Positions 30,549-42,699 of a stretch of 64,000 nucleotides of DNA are shown here, one piece after another. Made by a program: the position numbers and the translations under genes. The stretch is taken from positions 261,826,001 to 261,890,000 of the forward strand of contig OZ024741.1 in assembly GCA_964016885.1 (NCBI GenBank). The letters are read 5' to 3'. Source of the stretch: Eledone cirrhosa (Eukaryota). Every line of letters starts with the position of its first letter. Position 1 is the first letter of the stretch. Below the pieces are notes generated by a model. That model was not told where the DNA came from. It saw only the letters and a list, made by a program, of their open reading frames with translations, and made no database searches.

Positions 30549-30676
30549 TTCCTTTGTCAGTGTTGAACAAAAGAGTAACGATGGTTGCTAAACGTACATA
30601 TATATATGTGTGCATGTATGTATATATATACATACTACTGTACGTCTGTATGCATATGTGTATGTACGTATACATA

Positions 30677-30729
<53 letters not shown>

Positions 30730-30895
30730 AATATAGAAAAGGCTTCTACACCACTAGAATTGTTTCATTCGGGAGAAATCATCAAACCTTCCTGATGATT
30801 TCTCCCGAATGAAACAGTTCTAGTCCTCTAGAAGCATTTTATATATTAAATATTTATACTCTGCTTTGCATTGACTACCTTACTTACTGTAAAGC
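30730..30895. mobile_element. Very short palindromic PLE tail insertion consisting mostly of a hammerhead and its mirror
   Basis: 30730-30784 is inverted to 30793-30848. Core ctgatga-tttctcccgaat-gaaacag. Confidence 0.7.
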
Positions 30896-31247
30896 AAAAC
30901 ATGTTCTCCTCAGACAAAATATATAGAAAATGTATAATTTCCTACTGATATGCTGGTAGACAAAAGAACTGGACAGATCGATGACCACAGAGATATGACT
31001 AGAAAAATCCCAGCATGTAAGGGTGTTACATGATTGGAGGGAAAACATTTCAGTTGGTTTAAACGTTGCATTAATTATTTAAACTATAGTGTAATTAGAT
31101 TGGTCAGAAAAAAAAACAAATAAAAAATTGACGGTTATTCAATCCTAATTTCACTTATAATCATTATAGATAGCTATTAAATCAAAAGTATATATTGTAT
31201 CAGGAAAAAATATTCTGTTAAGTCAGGGATAATATTATGGAAATATA

Positions 31248-31405
31248 ATAATTGTTTCTACTTTTGGCACAAGGTCAGCAATTATCCCAGTGTATTACTG
31301 GTACTTTATTTTATCGACCCCGTAAGGATGAAAGGCAAAGTTAACCCCGACGGGATTTGAACTCAATTCGTAAAGGGACTTAACTGTGCTGCAAAGCATG
31401 GCGTT
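31248..31405 (-). mobile_element. tRNA-derived SINE copy
   Basis: Reverse complement of the 1648-1838 family. Confidence 0.8.
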
Positions 31406-31467
31406 AAAGGGGAAAAACATTTGGATTATAGAATTTGTAAGTAAGCTATACTTTATTATTTATATTT

Positions 31468-31660
31468 AGATGAACAAAAGGGCAACGATGGTTGCTAAAC
31501 ACTGTACGGCTTAATTCGGGGTGTTTGTTTACAAACACACCGAGCATTATAATAAATGTTCGGTAAATCCATACGTACATATATATATGTGTGCATGTAT
31601 GTATATATATACATACTACTGTCCGTCTGTATACATATGTGTATATATATATGTACGTTT
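31468..31660 (+). mobile_element. Hammerhead repeat family, locus 3 left part (continues at ~35330-35412)
   Basis: Matches 17510-17690. The next part of the unit (tatatttaagta.cagccgtactaagagtgagaaa) resumes after the RTE. Confidence 0.8.
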
Positions 31661-31661
31661 A

Positions 31662-34600
31662 TGTCAGGTCACCAGTTGGTACTACTGGTAACATGTATCC
31701 CAGTACAACCTCTCCCATGGTCCGGTCGTTGGCGACTAAACTGGCCACCCCACCAAGGTTTCTTGTTGAGAAGGGTGACTTTGGACATCCTGCAGGACTA
31801 AAAACAAAACCTGTCAAAGGGTAAAGGAGCTCTTAAGAGTCAATGGCCATCCAAAATCACCGGGAGAGATGACTCCTTAGCCTTTGTCAAGGCAGAATTC
31901 TAGGAGAAGGAAAACTCTGATATAACACGTGCAACTCTGATGGTATCCAATGATGTTGACTTGTTCTTCTTTTTGGTAAATATCATCTTGGTTAAGAGTG
32001 TGGGACTGGCTTTGTGCAGTGCCTTTGCTCACTATAAATGCTTCACGGCACAGGTATTCCTTTATATCTGTAGATATCTCTGCACTTGTCATCTTAATGT
32101 GGAACTCTGGCTGGCCGTAGCCTAAAAAGGCAAACTACATTACAATGAAGGTACCTAACACAATTGAAGTAAATAGTAATAAGGGCTCTGGATCAGCATC
32201 ATGTGAAAGGGTGTCTCAGGGCGCCGCAGTCTGGGCCCGGTCGTCATCGGTCTACTGTGTGCAAACCACTCAATTTTGGGTGCTGGAATGTGCGTACTTT
32301 GCTTGATGTTGAAACAAATGTGCAGCGACCTGAAAGAAGATCGGCATTGGTTGCCAAGGAGCTCAGGCGTTATGATATGGATGTTGTGGCCCTCTCGGAA
32401 ACTCGATTTCATGGTGAGGGCCATTTCACAGAGAAATCCAGTGGATATACGTTTTTCTGGAGGGGAAGGAAGGAGGGGAGGGGGAAGCTGGTGTCGCTTT
32501 TGCCATAAAAACAGTTATAACAGACCATCTTCAGGAGCTGCCGACGGGCGATAGTGACAGACTGATCACTGTGAGAGTTCCTCTGGAGTGTGGAAGATAT
32601 GCCACCGTGATTGGTGCTTATGCACCAACTATGAAATGCATTGATGAAGCAAAGCAGGCTTTTTATGACGAATTAAGGTCTCTTGTCTGGAAAGTGCCTG
32701 CAGCAGACAACATTTTCATTCTTGGAGATTTTAATGCTCGCGTGGGCCGTGATTGTGAGACCTGGAGAGCTCTGGGTAAGCATGGGGTCGGAAAGTGCAA
32801 TGGCAATGGACTCTTGTTATTGCAAATGTGCACTGAGCTGGACTTGTTCATTGGCAGCACTATGTTCCAACAGAAGGACAAATACAAGACAACATGAATG
32901 CATCCTGGATCGAAACAGTGGCACCTGATTGATTATGTCATTGTGAGGCGGCGGGATGTACATGATCTATTCAGTGTTCGTGTGATGCGTGGGGCAGAGT
33001 GTTGGACCGACCATCGTCTGGTGAGAGCAAGAGCAAGATGTGTAGTTCGTAAAAGGGAGAAACGGCGAGCGCTATCACTTCCGAAACAGCTGACGTTGCC
33101 CGTCTGAAAGATCCTGAAGTCAGAGAAAATCTGGTAAAAAAGATGGATGCGTTAGAGTGCGGAAATGACTGCACTTCCTTTAAGGAGGCAGTTTATGGGG
33201 CATGTGCTGATGTTGTTGGATTCACAGATAAAAAGCATCAGGATTGGTTTGACCAAAATGACAAGCTTATAGACAAGCTTTTGGAGGAGAAACATATGCT
33301 CCACTCCGCATTGCTTGGTAGTGATTTAAGCACCGATCGGCAGAAGGCAATCGCTGATAAGCTGAAGCTCGTAAAAGCTGATGTGCAACGCAAATTGCGT
33401 GAAATGAAGAATAAGTGGTGGAATGACAAAGCCGTTGAAATACAACTTGCGTCGGATGTGAAGGACGTTAAGGCAATGTATAATTTTCTCCGTGAAGTGT
33501 ATGGACCACCTATATCACCAGTTGCGCCTCTTAGGACAAAGGATGGCAATCAGCTCCTTAGAGATCCCAATGATATCCTGTTGAGATGGCGGGAACACTT
33601 TGGCGAGCTTCTCAATAGGTATTCAGAGGTTGACGAAGAGTTTATCAGGTCCATACCTGATAAGCCAGTAAAGGAAATCCTTGCTGAGCCTCCAACGATC
33701 GAGGAGGTTAAAAGTGCTGTATGGAAACTCAATGGTGGGAAGTCGCCTGGATTGGATGGGCTGTATGCTGAGATCTTGAAGCACGGTGGAGAGAATCTCT
33801 TGCACCGACTTCATTCTTTGGTTCTGATGACTGGAAGGATGCTGTGATGGTTGTTTTGTACATGGTAAAGGGAGACAGGGATGGCTGCGGAAACTATCGT
33901 GGGATATCACTGTTGTCTGTTGTCGGCAAAGTTCTCTGTAGAATTCTGTTGGACCGTCTATTGCTCCACATTGTTGATGAAGCTCTACCAGAGTCGCAAT
34001 CGGGCTTTCGGGCTGGGCGTGGCACTGTGGACATGATCTTTACAGCCAGACAACTGCAGGAAAAGTGTGTTGAGCAGAATGTGGATCTCTACCAGGTGTT
34101 TGTTGATCTGACAAAGGCGTTTGACACAGTCAACAGAAAGGCTTTATGCGATATCTTGAGGAAGCTGGGGTGCCCTGAGAAGTTTGTTTCCATTTTGCGT
34201 TTGTTCCATGATGACATGAAGGCATGGGTAAATGTTGGTGGTAAGCTCTCTGAGCCGGTGACGGTCGAGAATGGAGTCAAAGAGGGTGACATTCCAGCTC
34301 CAACGCTCTTTGCTTTGTACTTCTCCATTGTCTTCGAACAGGCCTTCGGCAACTGCAATCATGGTATATATGTTCGCTATCGATCAACTGGAAAGCTGTT
34401 TAATATCAGGAGGTTCAATGCTAAGTCAAAGGTTCACTTGCAACTAATCAGGGATTTGCTTTATGCAGATGACTGTGACCTGGTAGCGCACACTGAGATT
34501 GATATGCAGCATCTCATGGATGCATTTTCTAATGCGTGTATTGCATTTGAGACTTACCATAACCCTTAAAAAGACAGTAGCCATGTACCAACCAGCCCCT

Positions 34601-35330
34601 GGGAAGCCATGTTGTGAGCCCAACATCTTGGTGTATGGTGAAAGGCTAAGGGTTGTTGGCAGTTTTGTATATCTTGGAAGCACTCTGGGTATGTACTGCG
34701 ATCTTGATGGGGAAATATCAAACAGGATACAGAAAACCAGTGATGCTTTTGGATAACTGAACAAGCGTCTCTGGTCTCAACACGGAATTTCGGTAAAGAC
34801 AAAGCTCAAAGTGCATCATGCGTGTGTGCTCGCGGCACTTCTTTATGCTTGTGAGACGTGGGTGGTCTACCGTAGGCAGATGAAGCGACTTGAGAGGTTC
34901 CACCAGTACTGCTTACGTCGGATCCTCGGCATAACTTGGCAAATGTTTGTCAGTGACGTCGAGGTTCTGGTCAGAAGTGGCTGTGATAGTTTCGAGTCCT
35001 TGATTTTGAAACATCAGCTGCGCTGGACAGGCCATCTTGTAAAGATGAATGACAAGCGAATGCCGAAGCAGCTGCTTTATGGCGAGCTCTAAATGGCAAA
35101 AAGGAACGCGATCAAACCCAAGATGCGTTTTAAGGACTGCAACAAGGGGGCGCTCAAGAAAAGTAACATCCCTTATGAGCACTGGGAAGCATGCGCTAGC
35201 GACCGTCGCATTGGAGGAAAGCAGTAGCTAGTGGCAAGTGTCTATTTGAGGAAACAAGAAGGCACGCGACACTAAAAAGAGATTTCCGGAAAGGAATCCA
35301 TGTTGGCCTTCCCGAAGGCACTTACAGACG
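31662..35330 (+). mobile_element. Near full-length RTE-clade LINE, decayed
   Basis: 5' UTR, then APE endonuclease (GCWNVRTL, VALSETR, LGDFNARVG, IDYVIVR) and RT (YRGISLL, FVDLTKAFD, LYADD, LRWTGHL), with stops and frameshifts. Confidence 0.93.
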
Positions 35331-35797
35331 TATATTTAAGTAACAGCTTATATTTAAGTAACAGCCGTACTAAGAGTGAGAAAGGAAACTTCGTTTCATT
35401 CTTTTCCGTTTATATATATATACATAAAAGTATGTTTGTGTTTATGCATCTGTTCGTACGTGTAGTGTGATTGTGCAATTGGGTAAGCATGACTGTGCAT
35501 ACAAGTCTATTTATTTTTATGTATGTGTGTACGAATGCAAGGCTTTTCTTAACTTAGTGCAAGACCTTTTATCACTTAAAAAAGCTTCAAATACAAGCAT
35601 CTCTTGATCTAAACATGTTTTACAAGTGTTGTCTGAGTATGGTTGGTCGTAGTTGAAAAAGAGTTGTTTCATTGTTTGTTCTATCCATGTGGGAGGGTAT
35701 AAAATGATGGTATTTCTTGATATCGATATGCAGCCATTATATATGAATGTGTAGTGAATACATTCGCAAAGGCTCAGTGATATCACTTCCGTCCAAG

Positions 35798-37440
35798 TGT
35801 GAGGATGTGAATACTTAAATTGAACATATCAGTTACTGCTAGATTTCTAGCAACTCAGGACACCACTGCTGACACATTTCATATGCTGCAACATGGCATT
35901 ATTGTTATACGAAGCAAAGACTTTTTACTTCTTCAATGTGAGTGACTAAAAGCTAATATTTGCAACTCTCATAGACTTGAACGTTATTTCTCACTGACTT
36001 GCTCACATACACCTTTGTCACATATTCTGCATTAGTCATACTTGTCACATGACTTGATAAATTCTTATGTTTGTTTTCAATCAAAACCCCTTCTGATTTC
36101 TTATACACCTTTTTATTTCACTGCTGACCGCCTTGCTACAATTGGTGACTCGACATGGAATATTCCTGTTGGAAATATTCCTCAAATAACTAAATAAAGA
36201 GTAACAAGACGCAAAGCACTACACACCACGCAAACAAAAAAGAAAAAAGAGACACAGGATAAACAATGCTCGAACACTTCCCTATTGCTAAACACAAAAG
36301 GCAAAACGGCACGTTGCTATGTTTTCATTGGAACCATAGGGTTGCATTTTTGTTGATTTTCAACATGTCATTGTGTCTTCTTCACTTTGGCTCGGTAGCA
36401 TACCACGCATGTGTGTTGGCGCCATTTGCCTCGTTTTGATGTGCTTTTCTACCGCTCATAATATATATCTAGGAGTCACGAGGGATTAATGCCATTTTTG
36501 TTGCCAGGCCAAATATGTTCCTCCTTTAAGGTCTATACTCCCTATTTCTTTAGTTCATACTGCCCACAGTTATTTTACCAAGATTAACCCTTCATTGCTA
36601 CCAGTGTTTTGTGGCGATGTTTGGCTTTGGTTCGCTCAAGTTGAGTCTTATTTCGTGGCGAATAGCATTGACTTGAAACAGCAACGTCTGCACATTTTGT
36701 TGAGTGCCATCCTTTCTGCGTTGGCCACTCAACTAAAGGATCTCATCACAGACCCGCCGGCAGGGGCATCCTATGTTTCTATTAAGACTGAAATCCTTCA
36801 TTGAAAAGTGCTTTAAAATGCTTGTTAAAGACGAGCATTTGGGACATAGGATGCCGTCCCAGTTTCTCCGCTGCATTTGTGAGGTAATGGAGGGATCTCC
36901 CGAGGGTAGCACCTTGATCAAGCAACTTTTTTTTCTCTCGTTTATCCTCTAACATACAGGCTACTCTGGCTGCAATGGTGGAAGTTAACTCTGTTGATCA
37001 GTTAGCTTCCTCAGCGGACAACATTTTGGAATATTCTGGTGACAAAGCCACAGACAGGATGGCTACTGTTTCTTCTTCTTCTTCTTCTTCTTCTTCTTCT
37101 TCTTCTTCTTCTTCTTCTTCTCCTCCTGCTACTGTAGCAGCCTCACATCTGCAGGATACAACACAATCGGTGACACTACTGGCCATCCTGGACTTAATCA
37201 AGGGGGTTAAGAAATGATGTGCTTCACAGAGTGCTCCACGTCGGAGGCCACCCAGTTAGTCATCCTCGCCGAGGTGACGTCCTTTCTCTCCAGCTTCTTC
37301 TTCTTCTCGTTCAGGGTACCGTTGCTACCATTATCGTTTTGGTCAAGTCGCTCAGAAATGCAATCCCCCATGTTCTTTTTCTCCCCAGGGAAACTCTTTA
37401 AAACAACCAAGAAATTAACGGTGTAAAACACATGAAACTA
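35798..37440 (+). mobile_element. Ty3/Gypsy-like LTR retrotransposon relic (putative LTR, PBS, decayed gag)
   Basis: Putative LTR ends ...ctaca at 36140, followed by PBS-like ttggtgactcgac. Gag-like LPVFCGDVWLWFAQVESYF and LG.RMPSQFLR follow. LTR start is approximate. Confidence 0.65.
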
Positions 37441-37847
37441 TTGTGAGTGGTGGGTATTAAGTTCTCTCACTTCAGATATACAACATTAAGTCGGAGCAGA
37501 ATATGTGTCTGTCAATGATAAGTTTGTCTCTTTAGTTCTTAGAGTTATCTCCTATGCTGTAAAGACAGCAAAAGGTAAACAAATATATTTATTGTCACAG
37601 AATAAAACAAAGAATTATAGTGAAGAGAATATTGTTCAAAGTTAACCAGCAAATGTAATGTTGTTTTAATTCACTATATAATGTTTATGGATTAATACAT
37701 TATATCAATGTAGTATAAGCAAACAAGGGAACCTCTAATTAGCCACACATCATGTTAGAAATCGCAGCCAAACTCCCATCATGTTACGATTTAATTGGGA
37801 CTAAATAACAAAAACAACAACAACAAAATATTTTAAACAATACTTAC

Positions 37848-38105
37848 GGTTAGATATTCGATTATATATTCTCAGTTGGGATATAAGGTATGGCTTATCA
37901 AATGTCACCATCCAGTGAGGATTGTCCTCGCTTTCAGTAGCTGCACATGAACCATGCACGTATCCAGGATTATAATTACCATCAACTGCCTTGTTAGCTG
38001 CCATCAATGTTGTCATTGTTTTACATGTTCCGTTATTGTAGACTGTTGTGCCACTTCTTCCATACACACTTGTTTGAGTTGCATCTTTACCTTGAGCAAT
38101 ATTAA
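37848..38105 (-). CDS. Host gene exon D: N-half of an F-type lectin (FTP / F5-8 type C-like) domain
   Basis: ccag acceptor and gtaagt donor, 258 bp. Reads VNIAQGKDATQTS...ANKAVDGN...GSCAAT...NPHWMVTF...IYNR, the hallmark FTP motifs. Confidence 0.92.
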
Positions 38106-38169
38106 CTGGAAACAAAAGAAGTATTAAATCAATGTATGATATACACTTCATATTTTAACAGTGTTTCTT

Positions 38170-38800
38170 CTTTTTTGCCCACTTATTCCTGAGAAGGTTG
38201 TAGGTGCAGAGTCCTCAAACACTCATTCCACCAGGTCCTGCCAGAAGCAACCATCTCTCACTGATCCGGCTGGATCCCAAGTGTGACCAGAACAAGCTCA
38301 TGGATGTTATCCAACCATCTTGCTTGGAATCTACTCATAGGTCTCTTGACAGTTGGTTTTGCCCGTATAATCTATCCAGTGACTCTTTCCTGAGACATTC
38401 TAACCAAATGTCCATAGTATCGGAGCTGTGATCTCTCAATTCAGAGAAGTAGAGGCTCTAGCTGGAGTGATTCTTAAATTACTGCACCAATTCCCACAAT
38501 TCTTGCACTTAATCCAGCCTTCTGCCTTCTATCACTCGTGAACATGGGCCCGAGATACTTGAACTGCTTCACCTGCTACAATGGAACTCCATTCACATGT
38601 AGAGTGCACTGCTTAGGCTTCCTTGAGACAAGTGTCTCATTTTTTGCAGTTCTAAATTTCATTCCAGCCATGCATCACACGGCATCAAACCTATCAAGTA
38701 GAAGTCAGAGGTGACCATCTTTCGAATTAAGCCGACTGATTTTACATCCGCCAGTCGTGATACCACTTCCAGCGTGACTGCGCATGTCAATCCTGTTCAT
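38170..38800 (-). mobile_element. Decayed RTE LINE 3' fragment
   Basis: Inverted homologue of ~46900-47600, including an FKYLG-like segment. Confidence 0.7.
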
Positions 38801-39183
38801 TTTTTAACAGTGCAATATATTTTAATTAAGTCATATTTTTGAAACAATGACATGCTTATGTGGAACCCACTGTTAGTTCATGTTAATATAAATACAATAA
38901 ACTACCTTAAAATACAGGAATTATGTATTATCTGAGAGTAACACCATTCTTTATAGGACATGCCATTTATGACAATAATTTTATCATTTTAACTGAATAT
39001 ATATATACGAAAAAATGTGGATTAAATAACGTGAAACTGAATATTTAATCTTAACTTATTTGCCTCTATATTACATATCTCTGAATCTGTAGTGGTAAAC
39101 ATATTCCCTACTCAAATGGTGAATTTCTACATTTATCTATTTGAATAGATTTATCTGGGGGGAAAGAAGAAATATATTTATAA

Positions 39184-39332
39184 CTAGCAGAATGGTTCAG
39201 CGTTGCTCGGGATTTGCTCTAGGGTTCTTATATATTTGATATATTTTTATCATTATCGAGCCTCGGGAAATAAATAGTTTGTTTATATTTTGTTATTGTG
39301 TATGCAAGCAAATATATCTGTACACGAATATA

Positions 39333-39408
<76 letters not shown>

Positions 39409-40240
39409 TAACAGATTAAAGTTTAAGCAAAGAATCGCTGCTTTCACCCTTAACGGGATCTTCTGAAACTAAAAAAAATCAACCTGTGAACGCAGAAGTA
39501 AATATTTCGAAAAACGTTATACACTATATATATATATACACACACACTATATATATACATATATACACACACACATATAGCGTAATAATGTCGTAATGCA
39601 GACAGCCAGACACACAGACAGATATTATAAGGGCGCAACGTTATATCTATGTATCTATCTAAAAAGAAAGACTAAGAATTATAGAGCGAGATCACTAAAT
39701 CGGCTAATGCAGTCCCTAGGGCGTTGAAAATTTGAAATATTTTATGCTCAAAACACTCACAGGACTATAAGTATTACATGTGTAAAGTTTGAAAACAATC
39801 CGTTGGGTAGTTCTCGAGTGTTAAGGAGTCAGGCAGACAGACAGACTGACAGACATTCTCTGTTTTAGATATATAGACTAGCAGAATGGCCCGGCGTTGC
39901 TCGGGATTCTAAACATAGATTGGCATGTTTATCCCTCCTTTCTGAAACAGTACAGGGAAGTACGGAATACCTCGGCCTCGAGATGGTGTCTACATTTTGT
40001 GGTTATAAAAAAAATTCGTCGTAGATTACCATGTTTTTTTTCCGTGCGAAGAAAATCAATATTTTATCGCGAAATAAATACTTTTGTTTATATTTTGTAA
40101 TTGTGTATGCAAATATATCTGTACACGAATATATAATTATATATATATATATATATTAAAATAACAGATTAAAGTTTAAGCAAATAATCGCTGCTTTCAC
40201 CCTTAACGGGATCTTCTGAAACTAAAAATATCAATCTGTT
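39184..40240 (-). mobile_element. Tandem non-autonomous Helitrons
   Basis: Two minus-strand 3' ends (cccgagcaacgc.g...ctgCTAG-T) at ~39184 and ~39878. A TC start lies near 39876. Internal blocks are duplicated (39270-39490 vs 40070-40240) and show homology to 16730-16980. Confidence 0.75.
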
Positions 40241-40247
40241 TCAGATG

Positions 40248-40436
40248 AATTGTTTCTACTTTTGGCACAAGGCCAGCAATTACCCAGTACATTACTGGTA
40301 CTTTTATTTTATCGACCCCGTAAGGATGACAGGCAACGTTAACCTCGGCGGGATTTGAACTCAGACCATAAAGGGACGTAACTATGCTGGAAAGCATGGC
40401 GTCCAACTCTCTACCGATACTGCCAATCCTCCACCT
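40248..40436 (-). mobile_element. tRNA-derived SINE, full-length
   Basis: Reverse complement of the 15757-15948 family. Confidence 0.85.
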
Positions 40437-40558
40437 TGTTTATATAATATATATGTTTATATAATAATAAATATGTATTCATATTATGTAGCCAAGATTT
40501 TATGACAATACTTGATTTAAAAAGAAATTCCCACAGCCACAAATTATTATGTACTCAC

Positions 40559-40702
40559 CATAAGTTTTATTTTCACATTTTTCTCCATACCATCCTTTTT
40601 CACAACCATGCTCACAAATTCCAGTTAGCTGATGACATTCTTTCCAATTAGAACAATGGCATTTCTTGATGCAGTCTTTACCATATAAATAAGGTGAACA
40701 TC
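40559..40702 (-). CDS. Host gene exon C: MEGF10/laminin-type EGF-like module
   Basis: ttag acceptor and gtgagt donor, 144 bp. Reads GCSPYLYGKDCIKKCHCSNWKECHQLTGICEHGCEKGWYGEKCENKTY, with typical Cys spacing and GxYG motifs. Confidence 0.9.
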
Positions 40703-42450
40703 CTAAATTGATGATATGAAAGCAGTTTCTCCTTAAATGAGTATTTACATAAAATAACATCAATAACTGAAATGTTTTTTCAACATGTGTCTCTATTTAT
40801 AGGCTATAAAAGTGTTGCAGTTTATTACATCTATGTTTTACATTCTTAAAAAGATAGTACTTCATACACTTATGAGAACCAACAAGTTAAACAACTAATA
40901 TAATAGTGGAAACTAAGGAAGCTAGAGTAGTGAAAATATTAAATGTTTCTCTTTTATATCTGAAAACACTGAAATCTGGAATCTTTAGGTGGATTATTCA
41001 ATATAATTGTGTCAAAGAGAATTAGATCTTTTGTTAAGATTACATAATCATTATTATATTTCTATTTATCAGTAACATATTCTAAATGAATTTATGTAAG
41101 GGATTGAAGTGTGGTACACTGAGATCTTGAAGAGTGACTTCTACAGATGTGTTGAAAGAAAGGAGTCTTTTTGAAACCTACATTCCCCGAGATAAGATTT
41201 AGCTGAACCTTTATCAAATAAGATATCTACACTGTTGATATTGACAAGATAAACGTACATCAAATACATTCCATCTTCTAATAGATAAACTTAGTTTTTT
41301 GAAACCACTTGGATCAGTCACTCTGTGTACAGTTTACACATAGTTTTATCGAGGATCCTTTCCTGAGTCCATCTTCTAACACCAAATCTCACTCTTAGTA
41401 TATACCAATAAAACTATATTCTCAAAAAAGTTCCCACCGTTGGATTATTAGAAATTCAAAAGTGTGGGTAACACAGGTTACTACATCAGTTGGCACATCA
41501 CAACTGGCTCACCAACTATTGTCTCTTCCTCGTAAACACAAAGTTTCATTGAGACTACACCGAGTCCGTCGAGGTCACACACTTTCAATCAGGCATGAAA
41601 ATGAGAATTGCTATGACTTTCCGTGATTTCTTGTTTTTCTCCCTCAAAACAGATTTTAAAAAAAAATCATATCAAAATTTTATAAAATTAATCTTAAATT
41701 CAATAGTTACTTCTATATCTATATCATTAATATCCTTGATTTCCCTTCAACATTAAACCTTTTGAAGGAATTCCTCAACATACATATGACTATTTTCTCA
41801 CATCTCAACAAAGCTTTTACTGGAATATGTCTTTACACTTAGACTCATGTTGCTATTGGATCATCAAAGATTCTTACACTATAGCAAAATATTTTTGAAC
41901 ATCAGCAACACTGCTGAATCTTAGATTATATAACTGAAATAAATGAATAAACATCTATCAATCATACACTGATTATAAAGAACATTGGATGTCTTTCAAC
42001 TAAAACTTCCAAGAAAGAAGAAATCAGTGATGGTTGTATTACTCTAATTTACTAGGAAGTAGTGTTCCTACATATCTTTCTAAAGAAACCACTCAATGAC
42101 ATCCATTGGATGACTTTTACACATAAGTGGACATGTTGGTAAGTAACCTCACATATAGATAAAGGTAATTTTCTATAGCACAAAAACTACAAACATTCAC
42201 TCATCCCTATCAGCAGACAAACCTTTTGGCCTCTGCAGGAAAACAATAACTTTTCTAACACTATCTAGATCACAAATCAATCACACTTCAGCATAAATAA
42301 CACATATTCGAATAATTGCTCCATTTGTCTTCATCTTGTATTTGTTCATCCTCTTCACTAAGAATACAACCTAAATCTAGAGTAGAACATCTCTTCTACT
42401 TCACAGAATCTACATTAGGAAAGATCTTCTGAAGTGAAATATCAACTTAC

Positions 42451-42594
42451 CATATAATTTAATACGATAAATAGGAGGTGCAGCATTTAGAATCAATTGA
42501 TTAAAAGTTTGGTCACCAGTGCAAACAGTAACGTTATTTACCAATTTTGGTTTGCATTCTATATTACGTGGAAAATTAATTTGAACTTTTGTAT
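42451..42594 (-). CDS. Host gene exon B: C-half of the degenerate beta-sandwich domain
   Basis: Strong pyrimidine tract ttctcttcttttctag, gtaagt donor, 144 bp, phase 1-1. Reads DTKVQINFPRNIECKPKLVNNVTVCTGDQTFNQLILNAAPPIYRIKLY, in frame with neighbouring exons. Confidence 0.75.
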
Positions 42595-42699
42595 CTAGAA
42601 AAGAAGAGAATTTACATAATATGTCAGTAAATGGTGAGTTTAATTAAATATAAACTATACAAATAAGTATGATATATAGGGATATATTTAACATGTCAT

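Larger units (their letters stand above)
29483..30680. mobile_element. Hammerhead repeat family, locus 2: two arms diverging from ~30133
   Basis: 29483-30130 is on the minus strand (hammerhead 29752-29792) and 30135-30680 on the plus strand (hammerhead 30508-30548). Both arms end in (TA)n. Confidence 0.88.

Noticed and set aside
41050-42420. Possible ancient retroelement remnant in the intron
   Set aside because: Coding-like composition, but no motif that I could read with confidence.
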